DNA of 64,000 nucleotides from an uncultured Methylomirabilota bacterium (GCA_963705305.1 OY970067.1:64001-128000), one strand, 5' to 3'; positions 9,182 through 18,990 are shown, numbered from the stretch's first letter. Numbers and translations: made by a program. The notes: a model not told the origin generated them from the letters alone.

Positions 9182-9988
9182 CTAGAGCAGCAGGCCGATG
9201 AGAACGGGCACCAGGAAGGTGATGACCATGCCGCTGAACACAGCCAGGACGGCGTACTCCGCCCCCGAGGACTTCACGATGGCGGGAAGCGTGGTGTCGG
9301 TGGCCGTGGCTCCGCCGCCGACCACGGGCGCCAGCCTCCCGAAATAGCGCACCAGCAGTGGGGCGGCCATTAGGGTGACGATCTCCCGCAGGATGTTGGC
9401 CAGCAGGGCCAGGACGCCCAGGCTCTCCCCGCGAAGCTGTGTGATCAGCGCGCTGGAGAGGCTGTAGTAGCCCATTCCGGACCCCACCGCCAGCGCTTCG
9501 CGCAGCCGGATGCCCGGGAGCGCGATGGAGAAGGCGGCCACCCCCAAGAGCGTGCCGAGCACCGCCATGAGGGGCACCAGGATCATCCGCAGGCTGAAGC
9601 GATTCACGAAATCTGCCGCGTGCGGGTTTCCCCCCACCCCCACGCCCACCAGGAAGAGCAGCACGAGTAGCGTCGCGGTGGTGAACTCGGAACGGACCAG
9701 GACAGCCGGCAGGAGGGCGTGCGCCGACCCCAGGATGCCCGCGACGAAGCACCCCAGGATGAGGAGACTACCTACCCGCTACACAAAGGTGTTGAAGATT
9801 CGCTTGTCAATAGGCGCGATTCCTCTGTGGTTACAGCGCATTCCGTCCTTTTCGGATTGAGCTGACATCGAGGAAGATTTCTTCCCCGACAAGGCGTTCC
9901 GATTCGGTCAACCAATTCATGCCGTTACTAGCGAAACGCCGACCGTTATCAACACCTTTGTGTAACGGCTAGGGAGACTACTTCTCAT
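9182..9988 (-). pseudogene. LysO/DUF340-family exporter (large subunit) interrupted by a MITE
   Basis: GSGMGYYSLSS, LANILREI, GGATATDTTLP motifs; removing 9772-9972 plus one TSD copy restores MRSSLLILGCFVAGILG... as a 198-aa ORF starting at ATG 9988. Confidence 0.85.
9772..9972. mobile_element. 201-bp non-autonomous MITE with 24-bp TIRs and 9-bp target-site duplication
   Basis: Left CTACCCGCTACACAAAGGTGTTGA; right end reverse complement CTAGCCGTTACACAAAGGTGTTGA (22/24); flanking direct repeat GGAGACTAC at 9763-9771 and 9973-9981. Confidence 0.93.
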
Positions 9989-10265
9989 GGGACGCCGGGG
10001 GGACGAGTCGAGGGCCGACCAGGCGGATCAGGCATACGCTGCCCAGGATCCCCCCCGCGCAGAGCAGCACGGCCTGCCATCCCAGTCGACCGAGATTCCC
10101 GATGACGGCCGGATTCGCGCCCACCGCGGCCCCCAGGGAAAAGACCAGCAGGTAGATCGCCCACATCGTCAGGCGGTCCACCGTGGCGAGGATCGGGCGC
10201 TGCCGGCGCAGCAGGATACCCAGGATTGTCCCCGACACCAAGCACAGTAGGATCAGCAGGTTCAT
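9978..10265 (-). CDS. LysO/DUF340-family small membrane subunit
   Basis: MNLLILLCLVSGTILG...WAIYLLVFSLGAAVGANPAVIGNLGRLGWQA; stop overlaps the restored start of the downstream LysO gene. Confidence 0.8.
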   Translation of the reverse strand: MNLLILLCLVSGTILGILLRRQRPILATVDRLTMWAIYLLVFSLGAAVGANPAVIGNLGRLGWQAVLLCAGGILGSVCLIRLVGPRLVPPASHEK

Positions 10266-10594
10266 GCGGCACGGCTCCGTGCAATCGCCGGCACGATGAA
10301 CATAAGGCCGCGAACCCCCCGAGCGCTTTGCACAATTGCTGGAATCCGGCCGGCCGATCCGAGCATGAGGGCGCGGTGTGTCACCGAGGCTGGCGCGTGA
10401 ATGGCGACGGGATTGTAACCAGTCCGCCGCCACAGCGCAAGAACGATCCTTGACGTTGCTCGGGTGAGACGGCCGTCTTCAGGGCGGGAATGCGAGGCAA
10501 AGAGTCAAGGGCGGGGTCTGATTCAGCCGCCCGCCCGGTCACAGGGGCCAGGCGGACGGCATTTCATCGGGAGCGATCGAATGGCCGGAGAAAT

Positions 10595-10741
10595 CTACAC
10601 GTGGGCGACCACGTGGACGGCGTAGGCCACGGCCAGGCCCACCATCAGGCCCAGCATGCTTCCTGCGGCCCGCAGCGCCTTAAGCGACCCGCGAATCAGC
10701 ATCCGAACGTCCTCTCGCTCGTACCATGCCATCCTGTCCAT
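10595..10741 (-). CDS. Small 48-aa putative membrane peptide
   Basis: MDRMAWYEREDVRMLIRGSLKALRAAGSMLGLMVGLAVAYAVHVVAHV; GGAGG SD 6 nt upstream; hydrophobic C-terminus; below the ORF-track cutoff. Confidence 0.55.
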   Translation of the reverse strand: MDRMAWYEREDVRMLIRGSLKALRAAGSMLGLMVGLAVAYAVHVVAHV

Positions 10742-10808
10742 TTTCAACCTCCCGAGCCTATCCCCTTCTTGTGGTCAACCAAGCATATCAGGTTTGCATA
10801 TTTCGGTA

Positions 10809-10830
10809 TTGCTAATTATTATTTTAGCAA
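10809..10830. promoter_or_regulatory. Palindromic putative operator in AT-rich tract
   Basis: TTGCTAA-TTATTATT-TTAGCAA, perfect 7-bp inverted arms. Confidence 0.5.
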
Positions 10831-11028
10831 CTAAATCGCTCTTGTCAAGTCCTCTTAAATCAAATCTACGAATGACTTATATCTCAATATCTTACGTAAA
10901 ATATCGTTCGGCTATCGAGGATGACGAAGAGGGTCGACAGTCGAGGATCGGATCGATTACGAGACCATCGGTGGCAGACCGCTGCGACTGAAAGATAGCC
11001 GGACGCGATATGGAGCGGGCCAGCCTTG

Positions 11029-11796
11029 TTAGGAGGCCGTCCATCCTCCGTCGATGGTGATCGTGGCTCCGGTGATAAAGCTCGATGCGTCCGAGGCCAG
11101 GAACACCAAGGCGCCCCCGATTTCCTCGGGCTGCCCGACGCGCCCGAGCGCGATGCGCGACAGGATGCGCTGCCGCCGCTCCGCATCCGCCTCCAGATAC
11201 CCTTTCACCAGGGGGGTCATCATGTAGCCAGGCGCGATGGCATTCACCCGGATGCCGTGCGGCGCCAGCTCCAGGGCCAGCCCCTTGGTGAACTGCATGA
11301 CCGCACCTTTGCTGGAGGCGTAAACCACCTTGTCCCGCTCCGGCGATACGGCGGACATGGAGGACATATTGATGATGCTCCCGCCCTTCTGTTCGATCAT
11401 CCGGCGGGCAACGGCGCGCGCCACCACGAAGACCCCTTTCACATTGGTCTCCATGATGGTGCGCCAGTCCTCGTCGGTCATCTCGACCACCGGCTTTCGC
11501 ACGTTCGTCCCCGCGTTGTTGAACAGGATGTCGATCCGCCCGAAGGCCTCCACCGCCCCGCCTACGGCAGCCTCGACCTCGGCGCTGCTGCGCGTGTCGG
11601 CGGTGAAGATCAGCGCCTTCCGTCCCAGCCCCTCCACCGCGGCGGCCGTCTCCTCGAGCTGACTTCGCGTACGGCTCACTAGGACCAGGTGCGCGCCTGC
11701 CCCGGCGAAGGCCAGGCTCCCGGCGCGCCCCAGGCCGCGCCCGGCCCCAGTCACGAAGGCGATCTTTCCATCCAGGCTGAACTCCGGCAGGCTCAT
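11029..11796 (-). CDS. Short-chain dehydrogenase/reductase (SDR)
   Basis: TGAGRGLG, NNAG, YASSK, NAIAPG, DGGW. Confidence 0.93.
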   Translation of the reverse strand: MSLPEFSLDGKIAFVTGAGRGLGRAGSLAFAGAGAHLVLVSRTRSQLEETAAAVEGLGRKALIFTADTRSSAEVEAAVGGAVEAFGRIDILFNNAGTNVRKPVVEMTDEDWRTIMETNVKGVFVVARAVARRMIEQKGGSIINMSSMSAVSPERDKVVYASSKGAVMQFTKGLALELAPHGIRVNAIAPGYMMTPLVKGYLEADAERRQRILSRIALGRVGQPEEIGGALVFLASDASSFITGATITIDGGWTAS

Positions 11797-12000
11797 GTCG
11801 GCGAACTCCTTCTTCGAAACGCTCGATGGCTTGCAGGATATTCGACCCGCCCATTCTCGACAGTCGGGGCCAACCCGTCAAGCCATTTGGGTCGCGCGAG
11901 TCGCAACGGCATCGGCAGAACAATCCCTGCTCCACAATTGACTCGGCCCGCCCTCGGCGATAGAGTGAAGCCACCGAGGCTCACGCAAACAATTTTAGCA

Positions 12001-12151
12001 CGGTGACGAAAGACTGGTTTTTGCTCAGGCTGCTCAAAAAGGCCCAGATGCAAGGCCCGCGCGATCCGAGGCGCGAGGCGTACTTTGCGCGTACGTCGCA
12101 GCGCCGCGGGAGCGCGGCAACGCCGCAGATGGACCTTTTTCAGCAGCCTGC
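12001..12151. repeat. Family-A palindromic element, copy 2 (opposite orientation)
   Basis: CAGGCTGCTCAAAAAGGCCCAGATGC...GCAGATGGACCTTTTTCAGCAGCCTGC. Confidence 0.8.
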
Positions 12152-12166
12152 CAATGGAGGCGCGCA

Positions 12167-12619
12167 ATGGCGGTCTACTACGAGGATTTCCAGGTGGGGC
12201 AGGAATGGACGACTCCCAGCCGGACCATCACCGAGGCGGACGTCACCATGTTTGCCATGCTGTCGGGCGACTACGACGAGATCCACACCAGCGAGCACTG
12301 GGCCAAGGATCACTCTGCCTACAAGACCCGCATTGCCCACGGCATGCTGGGCTTGGCCGTCGTGGAGGGGTTGAAGAAGCGCATCCCGGCCTTCGCGGAA
12401 ACCCGCTACATCGCCTCCCTGGAATGGACCTGGAAATTCGCGGGGCCGATCCTGATCGGGGACACGGTTCACGTGAAGATCCGGATCGACACCATGCGGG
12501 AGAGCAAGTCCAGGGCCGACCGCGGGATCATCGTGGAGCGCGGGCAGATGATGAACCAGCGGGGCGAGGTCGTCCAGGAAGGCACCCACACCCTCATGAT
12601 CTGGCGGCGGCCCCGCTAA
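12167..12619 (+). CDS. MaoC/PaaZ-family dehydratase (hotdog fold)
   Basis: YYEDFQVG, RTITEADV..FA.LSGD...IH, RIAHG, PILIGDTV; GGAGG SD. Confidence 0.92.
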   Translation: MAVYYEDFQVGQEWTTPSRTITEADVTMFAMLSGDYDEIHTSEHWAKDHSAYKTRIAHGMLGLAVVEGLKKRIPAFAETRYIASLEWTWKFAGPILIGDTVHVKIRIDTMRESKSRADRGIIVERGQMMNQRGEVVQEGTHTLMIWRRPR

Positions 12620-12704
12620 GACGGGGACGGGCGAGTAGCCGCCATTCAGACCGATGGAGCATGGACATCATTCGCCGCAAATAGCTTGGTGAGGGAATAC
12701 CTCC

Positions 12705-13313
12705 ATGGCTATTGCCAAGAATTCGGTTGATCGAACGAAGTTCAACTCACATGCAACCCTGCCATACGAACTGAGACTCCGCGACTTCGAAATGGCCATG
12801 CAGGACGTTTACGACTTCTTCTTTGATGTGAACGGCGGGCTTGTGGAACGGGGCCTGGAGCGTCTCGATGATATGATCCGGCCCGCCATCATGTCCGGTC
12901 TTCTCTCCGACATGCTCACTTCAAGCCTCGCCAAGCACTCGCGGACACTCACGATCAACTGCTATTTTAACGGCCACCCTGATCTTGTTGTGCGGGGTGT
13001 GTATCCGGACAATCGCGTCAAAGCGGGCTCGGAAGGCGTAGAGGTCAAGACAACCCGAAAGCACGGGGGCGCCGTCGACACACATGGGGCACGCGACCAA
13101 TGGATGTGCGTGTTCGTCTACGATGTTGACACTGTGACAGAGCCGGCCAGAGATCGCGCCCCAATGACCTTCCTTGAGATTTACCTTGGTCAGGTAACAA
13201 CCTCCGATTTCAGGAGAAACCCCCGCGGAGAACTGGGCACACGGACAGCCACCCTCCACAAGGAAGGCATCGAGAAACTGCGGCGGAACTGGATTTACAG
13301 GTTGAGCGAGTAG
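12705..13313 (+). CDS. Putative type II restriction endonuclease (PD-(D/E)xK-like)
   Basis: HPDL...GVEVKT candidate catalytic motif; 202 aa; convergent with and overlapping a DNA methyltransferase; visibly less GC-rich than flanks. Confidence 0.6.
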   Translation: MAIAKNSVDRTKFNSHATLPYELRLRDFEMAMQDVYDFFFDVNGGLVERGLERLDDMIRPAIMSGLLSDMLTSSLAKHSRTLTINCYFNGHPDLVVRGVYPDNRVKAGSEGVEVKTTRKHGGAVDTHGARDQWMCVFVYDVDTVTEPARDRAPMTFLEIYLGQVTTSDFRRNPRGELGTRTATLHKEGIEKLRRNWIYRLSE

Positions 13314-14464
13314 TTGAGACCGTTCTTGTACGCTGCAAGGCGCGGGATAGCCTTTTTCGCAATCTCGAAATAGACCGGGTCTTTCTCCACCCCGAGACAC
13401 GCATAACCGACGGCCTCGGCTGCGGCCAGAGTTGATCCCGAGCCCGCAAAGGGGTCGAGAATCGTGCCTTCTCCAAGGGGCAAGACCCCTCGAACCAGAA
13501 TTCGAAGAAATCCTTGCGGCTTCAAGCTGGGATGCGGGGCGAGGTCGCGTTCAGACTTATGGGTTGGGCTGGAGGGAATGACATCCCCAAACGGCTGATC
13601 TGCAGAGGGCCTTCTGAATCCTCCCGTCTTCCACCTGCGCAAGTTGTCCTGAACTCGACCATTAATGGGCTTGCGAAAAATTAACCATGGCTCCCACATA
13701 GACCGCGGCATGACGCTGACCCCTGGGAACTCGTCGTGCGCAGCCTTCGGCCTGTCTCCCCCTCTCATAGTCATCACGAGCCTGACCAGCTCTCCCCGAC
13801 GCTCGAGTCCCGCCCTCACGAGTGAGCCGGATACCAGGTACGAGACGAGGGGATTGCTTGCCACAATCACGTTCGCACCCGGCACAAGGACGGGAACGAG
13901 AAGGCGAGTCCATTCCACAAAAAACCGCTCAAGCGCTAGAAGATCCTCGGGCCTGAGAACGGTAAAGCGCGGGAGCGGCGACCGAATTACACCGTCAAAC
14001 GACGGCGGAATGCGCCACACACCGCCTCGTCCCGCCCGCATCTTCTTCTGCTGCTCGGCGCTATATTCGAAGAGCCCGTAAGGAGGATCGGTCACAACTG
14101 CATGAATCGAATTCGGGGACTGCCGCCTGAGCCAATCAAAACAGTCGGCATGAAAGAGCGTGCCCTTCCCGAACGAGACTGAAGGCCAGTCGAGATGCTC
14201 CTCGGCGGATGTCCGCCGGTAGAGCGCTTGGCTCTCCTCAACTCCGGCCGCCCCACGAAGCGCGTAATGCCCGCGCCCTGTCCGCTCGAATGCAGCAGGG
14301 GTATTTAACCGCAGATATGAGCGAATGCTCGATGCCGGGGCCGGACCGATAATCTGTCGCACCCCCTCCTCTATCTCCGAAATTGTCGCCCCATCCGGAC
14401 TTGATGCCAGCACACTGATGATTGCGTCCCTCACTTCACCGGGTCGTCTCTTCTCGGCCACCAT
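13295..14464 (-). CDS. Site-specific N4-C/N6-A DNA methyltransferase (beta class) with N-terminal winged-helix domain
   Basis: HADC, VVTDPPY (motif IV) precedes HPSLKP and ILDPFAGSGST (motif I); about 70-aa N-terminal helical region ending FERTGRGHYAL; AAGGAAGG upstream of ATG 14464. Confidence 0.9.
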   Translation of the reverse strand: MVAEKRRPGEVRDAIISVLASSPDGATISEIEEGVRQIIGPAPASSIRSYLRLNTPAAFERTGRGHYALRGAAGVEESQALYRRTSAEEHLDWPSVSFGKGTLFHADCFDWLRRQSPNSIHAVVTDPPYGLFEYSAEQQKKMRAGRGGVWRIPPSFDGVIRSPLPRFTVLRPEDLLALERFFVEWTRLLVPVLVPGANVIVASNPLVSYLVSGSLVRAGLERRGELVRLVMTMRGGDRPKAAHDEFPGVSVMPRSMWEPWLIFRKPINGRVQDNLRRWKTGGFRRPSADQPFGDVIPSSPTHKSERDLAPHPSLKPQGFLRILVRGVLPLGEGTILDPFAGSGSTLAAAEAVGYACLGVEKDPVYFEIAKKAIPRLAAYKNGLNYSLNL

Positions 14465-14734
14465 GTCCTTCCTTTCCGGCTGAATGCACATATAATGTAA
14501 AACGTTCCAGACGTCTTCTGTCAAGGGCAGTATTTCATTTCGAGGACTGCCTGCCATTCGACCCAAGTGACCATCGCCCATAAGGAGGCTCTTGTTGGAT
14601 TCACCTGGGGCGGCCGTTGGTACGTGCCCAACTGCGTGCATCTCGGATACCTCAGGCTGTACATCCCTGGAGGCTCTTGGTATGATACGCGAGACCGGGA
14701 GGGGGATGGTGCAGGCGGGGACGGAGATCAGGGC

Positions 14735-15544
14735 ATGGGGCAGCTCCTGAAGAAGGTGGTCCGTTTCATCATTCAATCAGACGCCACCCGCCCGCTGGTG
14801 CTGATTGCGGCGGTCCTAGTCCTCTGGCAGATCGGCGTCACGGTTCTCGGCATCCCCAAGTATCTCATCCCCGCCCCGAGCGCCGTCGTGCAGCAGCTTG
14901 TCAGTGATTGGCTCCGGCTCCTCCGGGAGGGGGTCGCCACGACCTATGCGGCCCTTGGCGGCTTCCTGCTGTCCGTCCTCGTTGGGATTCCCCTTTCCAT
15001 CGCCATTGCGTATTCTACTACAATCGAAGGCTTCCTCTACCCCATCCTGGTGTTCTCGCAGAGCATCCCGAAGATCGCCATCGCGCCGCTGTTCGTCGTC
15101 TGGTTCGGCTTTGGGGCCATCCCCAAGGTGATCGCCGCCTTCCTGCTGGGGTTCTTCCCGGTAGTGGTGGCAACTGTCACCGGTTTCAAGTCCGTGGACA
15201 GGGACATGCTGGATCTGGCCCGGTCGATGCGGGCGACGCGCCTGCAGGTTTTCCAGAAGATCAGCCTCCCCCACTCCATGCCCTTCATCTTCAGCGGGCT
15301 GAAAGTATCCGTCACGCTGGCAGTGGTGGGGGCCGTCGTGGGGGAGTTCGTAGGATCGAATTCCGGTCTGGGCTACTTGCTCCAGATGGCCAACGGGAAT
15401 TTCGACCTCCCGCTGATGTTCGCGGGATTGGTCGTGCTGGCCCTCATCGGAGTCCTGCTGTTCATCCTGGTAGAGGTCGCAGAGCGGGTGTGCGTCCCGT
15501 GGCACGTCTCGCAGCGTGTGGACCTCTCGACGAGCACACTGTAG
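14735..15544 (+). CDS. NitT/TauT-family ABC transporter permease
   Basis: IPAPSAV, QSIPKIAIAPLFVVWFGFG, FFPVV, GAVVGEFVGSNSGLG. Confidence 0.93.
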   Translation: MGQLLKKVVRFIIQSDATRPLVLIAAVLVLWQIGVTVLGIPKYLIPAPSAVVQQLVSDWLRLLREGVATTYAALGGFLLSVLVGIPLSIAIAYSTTIEGFLYPILVFSQSIPKIAIAPLFVVWFGFGAIPKVIAAFLLGFFPVVVATVTGFKSVDRDMLDLARSMRATRLQVFQKISLPHSMPFIFSGLKVSVTLAVVGAVVGEFVGSNSGLGYLLQMANGNFDLPLMFAGLVVLALIGVLLFILVEVAERVCVPWHVSQRVDLSTSTL

Positions 15545-15586
15545 TCATCCACAACCAGGACCAACTTTCCACGGGGGAGGACGGCC

Positions 15587-16582
15587 ATGAAACCGACACG
15601 GTTTGGCACGCTGCTCCTCATCCTGCTGGCGCTGCTGATGGCGGCACCAGCCGCAGAGGCCCAGCAGCGCGATAAGGTCGTGCTGCTGCTGAACTGGTAC
15701 AACTACGGGGAGCACGGGCCGTTCTACCTCGGACTGGCCCGCGGCTACTACCGGGAGGAGGGAATCGACCTGGAAATCCAGGAGGGTCGGGGCTCCGGAC
15801 CGACGATCCAGGCGGTCGGCGCCGGATCGGCGCAATTCGGATACGCCGATGTCGGCACGACGATTCGCGCCGTCACCCGGGGCGCTCCTGTCTTCATCGT
15901 CGGCGTACTGGTCCAGACCAGCCCGATGGCGGTCATCGGGTTCACGGAGAAGAATATTAAAGCGCCGAAGGACCTGATTGGCAAGACCATCGCCATGACG
16001 CCGGGCGGGGCGGTGGACACCATTTTCCAGGCCTTTGCCAAGGCCACCGGCCTCAAGGAGAGCGACTACAAGGTCGTCAGCGGTGACGCAACCACCAAGC
16101 GCAATGCCGTGATTCACGGGCAGGCCAACGTCATGCTCGGACACATCAATGACCAAAGCATCTTCATCGAGGATGTAACGGGGAAGAAAGTCACCCCCAT
16201 CCGGTATGCCGACTACGGGGTCAACCCGGTCAACAACGGGATCATCGTGCAGAAGGACATGCTGACGAAGCAGGCCGACCTCATCCGGCGCTTCATGCGG
16301 GCTTCGACACGCGCCGTGGAGGGTGCGGTCCAGAATCCCGAGGAGGCCACGGACGACCTGCTCAAGGTCAATCCCAAGGCAGGCAAGCGCGAGTTGCTCC
16401 TGGCCGGCCTGAATGCGACGATCCCTCTCTACCACACCAAGCGCACCGAGGGACAGCGGCCCTTCCGGGTCGCCCCGGCCGACATGCAGGCCACCCTGGA
16501 CATCATGGTTGAGTACGGCGGCGTGGATCCGGCCGTGAAGGGGAAGCCTGGGGACTATTATACCAACGAGTTCCTGCCTTGA
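15587..16582 (+). CDS. NitT/TauT (NMT1/THI5-like) ABC substrate-binding protein
   Basis: Signal peptide; LNW...GEHGPFY.G..RGYY.EEGIDLEIQEGRGS. Confidence 0.92.
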   Translation: MKPTRFGTLLLILLALLMAAPAAEAQQRDKVVLLLNWYNYGEHGPFYLGLARGYYREEGIDLEIQEGRGSGPTIQAVGAGSAQFGYADVGTTIRAVTRGAPVFIVGVLVQTSPMAVIGFTEKNIKAPKDLIGKTIAMTPGGAVDTIFQAFAKATGLKESDYKVVSGDATTKRNAVIHGQANVMLGHINDQSIFIEDVTGKKVTPIRYADYGVNPVNNGIIVQKDMLTKQADLIRRFMRASTRAVEGAVQNPEEATDDLLKVNPKAGKRELLLAGLNATIPLYHTKRTEGQRPFRVAPADMQATLDIMVEYGGVDPAVKGKPGDYYTNEFLP

Positions 16583-17379
16583 CCGATCCTGTCCGCAGGT
16601 CCGACACGGCGCCCCTGATCCAACTCAGGCGTGTCGAGAAGGTGTATGTCAGCCGTGACGGCCTGGTGCACTCGCTCCGGGCCGTCACGCTGGATGTGGA
16701 GGCCGGCGAGTTTCTCTCCATCGTCGGCCCCAGCGGCTGCGGCAAGAGCACACTGCTGAAGATCGTGGCGGGCCTGCTGCCGGCCACCGGCGGGGAGGTC
16801 TTGTTCGAGGGCTCTCAGATCGACGGGCCGCCGATGGGGATCGGGGTGGTCTTCCAGAGTCCGGTCCTGTTGGCCTGGCGCACCATCCTGGACAACATCA
16901 TGTTGCAGGCCGAAATCCGCCGGCTCCCCGCTCAGACCTACCGGACGCGGGCGCTGGACCTCATCCAGACCGTCGGCCTAGCCGGCTTCGAGCGGAAGTA
17001 TCCTTGGGAGCTCTCGGGCGGCATGCAGCAGCGCGTAGCCATCTGCCGCGCCCTCCTCCACGATCCGAGCATCCTGCTCATGGACGAGCCCTTCGGGGCC
17101 CTGGATGCCATGACGCGAGAGATGATGGATCTGGAGCTCCAGCGGATCTGGGCCGCCACCAGGAAGACGATCCTGTTCGTTACCCACTCCATCCCCGAAG
17201 CAGTTTTCCTCTCCGATCGCGTGCTGGTCATGACCGAGCGGCCGGGCAGTGTGGCCGCCATCTACAACATCCCCCTTCCCCGCCCGCGATCGTTCCAGGA
17301 CATGGGCACGCCGCAATTCACCGCCCTGGCCCAGTCCATCCGCACACACTTCTTCTCCCAGGGAATCGTCGATCACTGA
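16579..17379 (+). CDS. ABC transporter ATP-binding protein
   Basis: Walker A GPSGCGKST, LSGGMQQR, LLMDEPFGALD, FVTH. Confidence 0.96.
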   Translation: MTDPVRRSDTAPLIQLRRVEKVYVSRDGLVHSLRAVTLDVEAGEFLSIVGPSGCGKSTLLKIVAGLLPATGGEVLFEGSQIDGPPMGIGVVFQSPVLLAWRTILDNIMLQAEIRRLPAQTYRTRALDLIQTVGLAGFERKYPWELSGGMQQRVAICRALLHDPSILLMDEPFGALDAMTREMMDLELQRIWAATRKTILFVTHSIPEAVFLSDRVLVMTERPGSVAAIYNIPLPRPRSFQDMGTPQFTALAQSIRTHFFSQGIVDH

Positions 17380-17458
17380 GCCGCCCTTCGGCGCGAGGAG
17401 ATGCGGGAGGAGCCCCATCCAGGCCCCCAGCGTCTTCTGGAGCATGCCGGGGGACGAA

Positions 17459-18868
17459 TCAGCCGCCGCACTCCACGGCGGGCGGGGGCAGCGGGCGGCG
17501 AATCTCCTCCAGGCGGTAGCCGAACCCCGGGCCATGCACGGTCGACAGGTCCACCATGCCGTCGCTGCGGCGGTAGAGGCCTGGATGCACGGCTTCCTCC
17601 AGGTTAGAGGCCTCTGGGTAAAACTGCATCCCGTTCGTCTCCACCCCCATGATAGTCCCGACGTTCGCCGCCAACAAGACATGGGGGATCTGCGCCAGCA
17701 TGGGGTTGCTCAGATCCTGGACCATGAGAGTCATGCCATGGGCCCTGGCCCAGGCACAGCTCAGCAGAGCCTCGGTCTGGGTCTTGCAGATCTTGAGGGC
17801 CACCCCGGACCACCCCAGTTCGCGACCTAGGCGAACCAGTCGCCAGTCGTGGGCGCTCTCGTCAAGGAAGAGGGGCTTGCGCGCTGAGATAGCCCGGACG
17901 TCGATCTGATGCCGCTCTAGGTCGTAGGCGAACGGCTGCTCCACGTAGAGCAGCATGCCGTAGATGCGCGGCGCCTGGTCCCGCAGCCGGTCCAGCAGCA
18001 CAGTGACGTAGTCCGGCTCGGTCACCGTGCAGTTGAAATCGGCGCTCAGCCATTCCACCTCGCGGGCGATGGCGATCCGGCCCACCCGGATGATCCGGTC
18101 ATAGTCCCAGGCGGGGTCGGTGCCGCGGAGCTTGATCTTCAGGCAGCGGAGGCCGTCACGCGCGATCCAATCGGGAAGGACCACCGGGTACCCATCGTCC
18201 GGCTCTTGGCCAGTCCGCTCGGATGGATCGAGGAGATCCAGGCCGCCCACCAGATGCCAGGCGCGGATCCGGGCCGGGGCGGTGGCCATCAAGAAATCCC
18301 GGGGATATTTTCCGGCGAAGGAGACCCGGGAGCCCGGAGCCGGCGTGAGAAACGCAGACAGATCCCGGCTCATGAACTCGGCCGAGTAGGTCTCGTACAC
18401 CGGCCGGCCGGCGAGCCTACCGTAGGCATCATGCACGGCGATGTCGAACGGGGAGCAGCAGACCAGAGCTGCCAGCCAGGGCATCGCCTCGCCCTGTGCT
18501 CCGTCGGCCTCCGCCGTATGATCTAGCAGCTGCTTTAGGCGACCTTCCTTGAACTCATGGCCGATTTCGATCGGGTGGCCCTGCACGGGGATGGCCGCCC
18601 AGGCCTCGGCCAGCCGAAGGCAGAACGCCTTCAGCCGCTCGTGCCGCCTGCCGTAGGCGAGCGCGCTCGGCCACACCCACTGGACGTTCAGCGGCGTCTC
18701 CCCCCAGCCCTCAGCCGTGCGCCCACCCCGGTCCGCCACGCGGACCCGCACCCTGGCGCAGGTCACTTCGGTCGTGATCTCCGGGCCGAATTTGAGCGGA
18801 ATACGATTCTTCACCTCGAGGAAAAACAGGGAGGTCTGGACGACACGGACATCCGTAGATTTGCCCAT
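17459..18868 (-). CDS. Mandelate racemase/muconate lactonizing enolase-superfamily protein
   Basis: GWGE, FDIAVHDA.GRL, LKIKL (KxK), SADFN, YVEQP, FLDES, ALK. Confidence 0.8.
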   Translation of the reverse strand: MGKSTDVRVVQTSLFFLEVKNRIPLKFGPEITTEVTCARVRVRVADRGGRTAEGWGETPLNVQWVWPSALAYGRRHERLKAFCLRLAEAWAAIPVQGHPIEIGHEFKEGRLKQLLDHTAEADGAQGEAMPWLAALVCCSPFDIAVHDAYGRLAGRPVYETYSAEFMSRDLSAFLTPAPGSRVSFAGKYPRDFLMATAPARIRAWHLVGGLDLLDPSERTGQEPDDGYPVVLPDWIARDGLRCLKIKLRGTDPAWDYDRIIRVGRIAIAREVEWLSADFNCTVTEPDYVTVLLDRLRDQAPRIYGMLLYVEQPFAYDLERHQIDVRAISARKPLFLDESAHDWRLVRLGRELGWSGVALKICKTQTEALLSCAWARAHGMTLMVQDLSNPMLAQIPHVLLAANVGTIMGVETNGMQFYPEASNLEEAVHPGLYRRSDGMVDLSTVHGPGFGYRLEEIRRPLPPPAVECGG

Positions 18869-18990
18869 ACTCCGCCTCCTCGTGTTGGTCAGCGCACAGG
18901 ACGGAAAGAGGTCCGCCGCCGGCAGCCCGGAGAGGCGACGCCGGCCTATCTCAAGCGGCCCGGTACAGGGCTTCCGGCCTGATCGGCGGG

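Noticed and set aside
12641..14563. Imperfect direct repeat GCCATTC(A)GACC flanking the R-M pair as att sites
   Set aside because: Only 11-12 bp with an indel, and no integrase or tRNA nearby; could be chance
14465..14776. N-terminal extension of the methyltransferase ORF to 14776
   Set aside because: Overlaps the divergent permease start and promoter region; a good SD exists at ATG 14464
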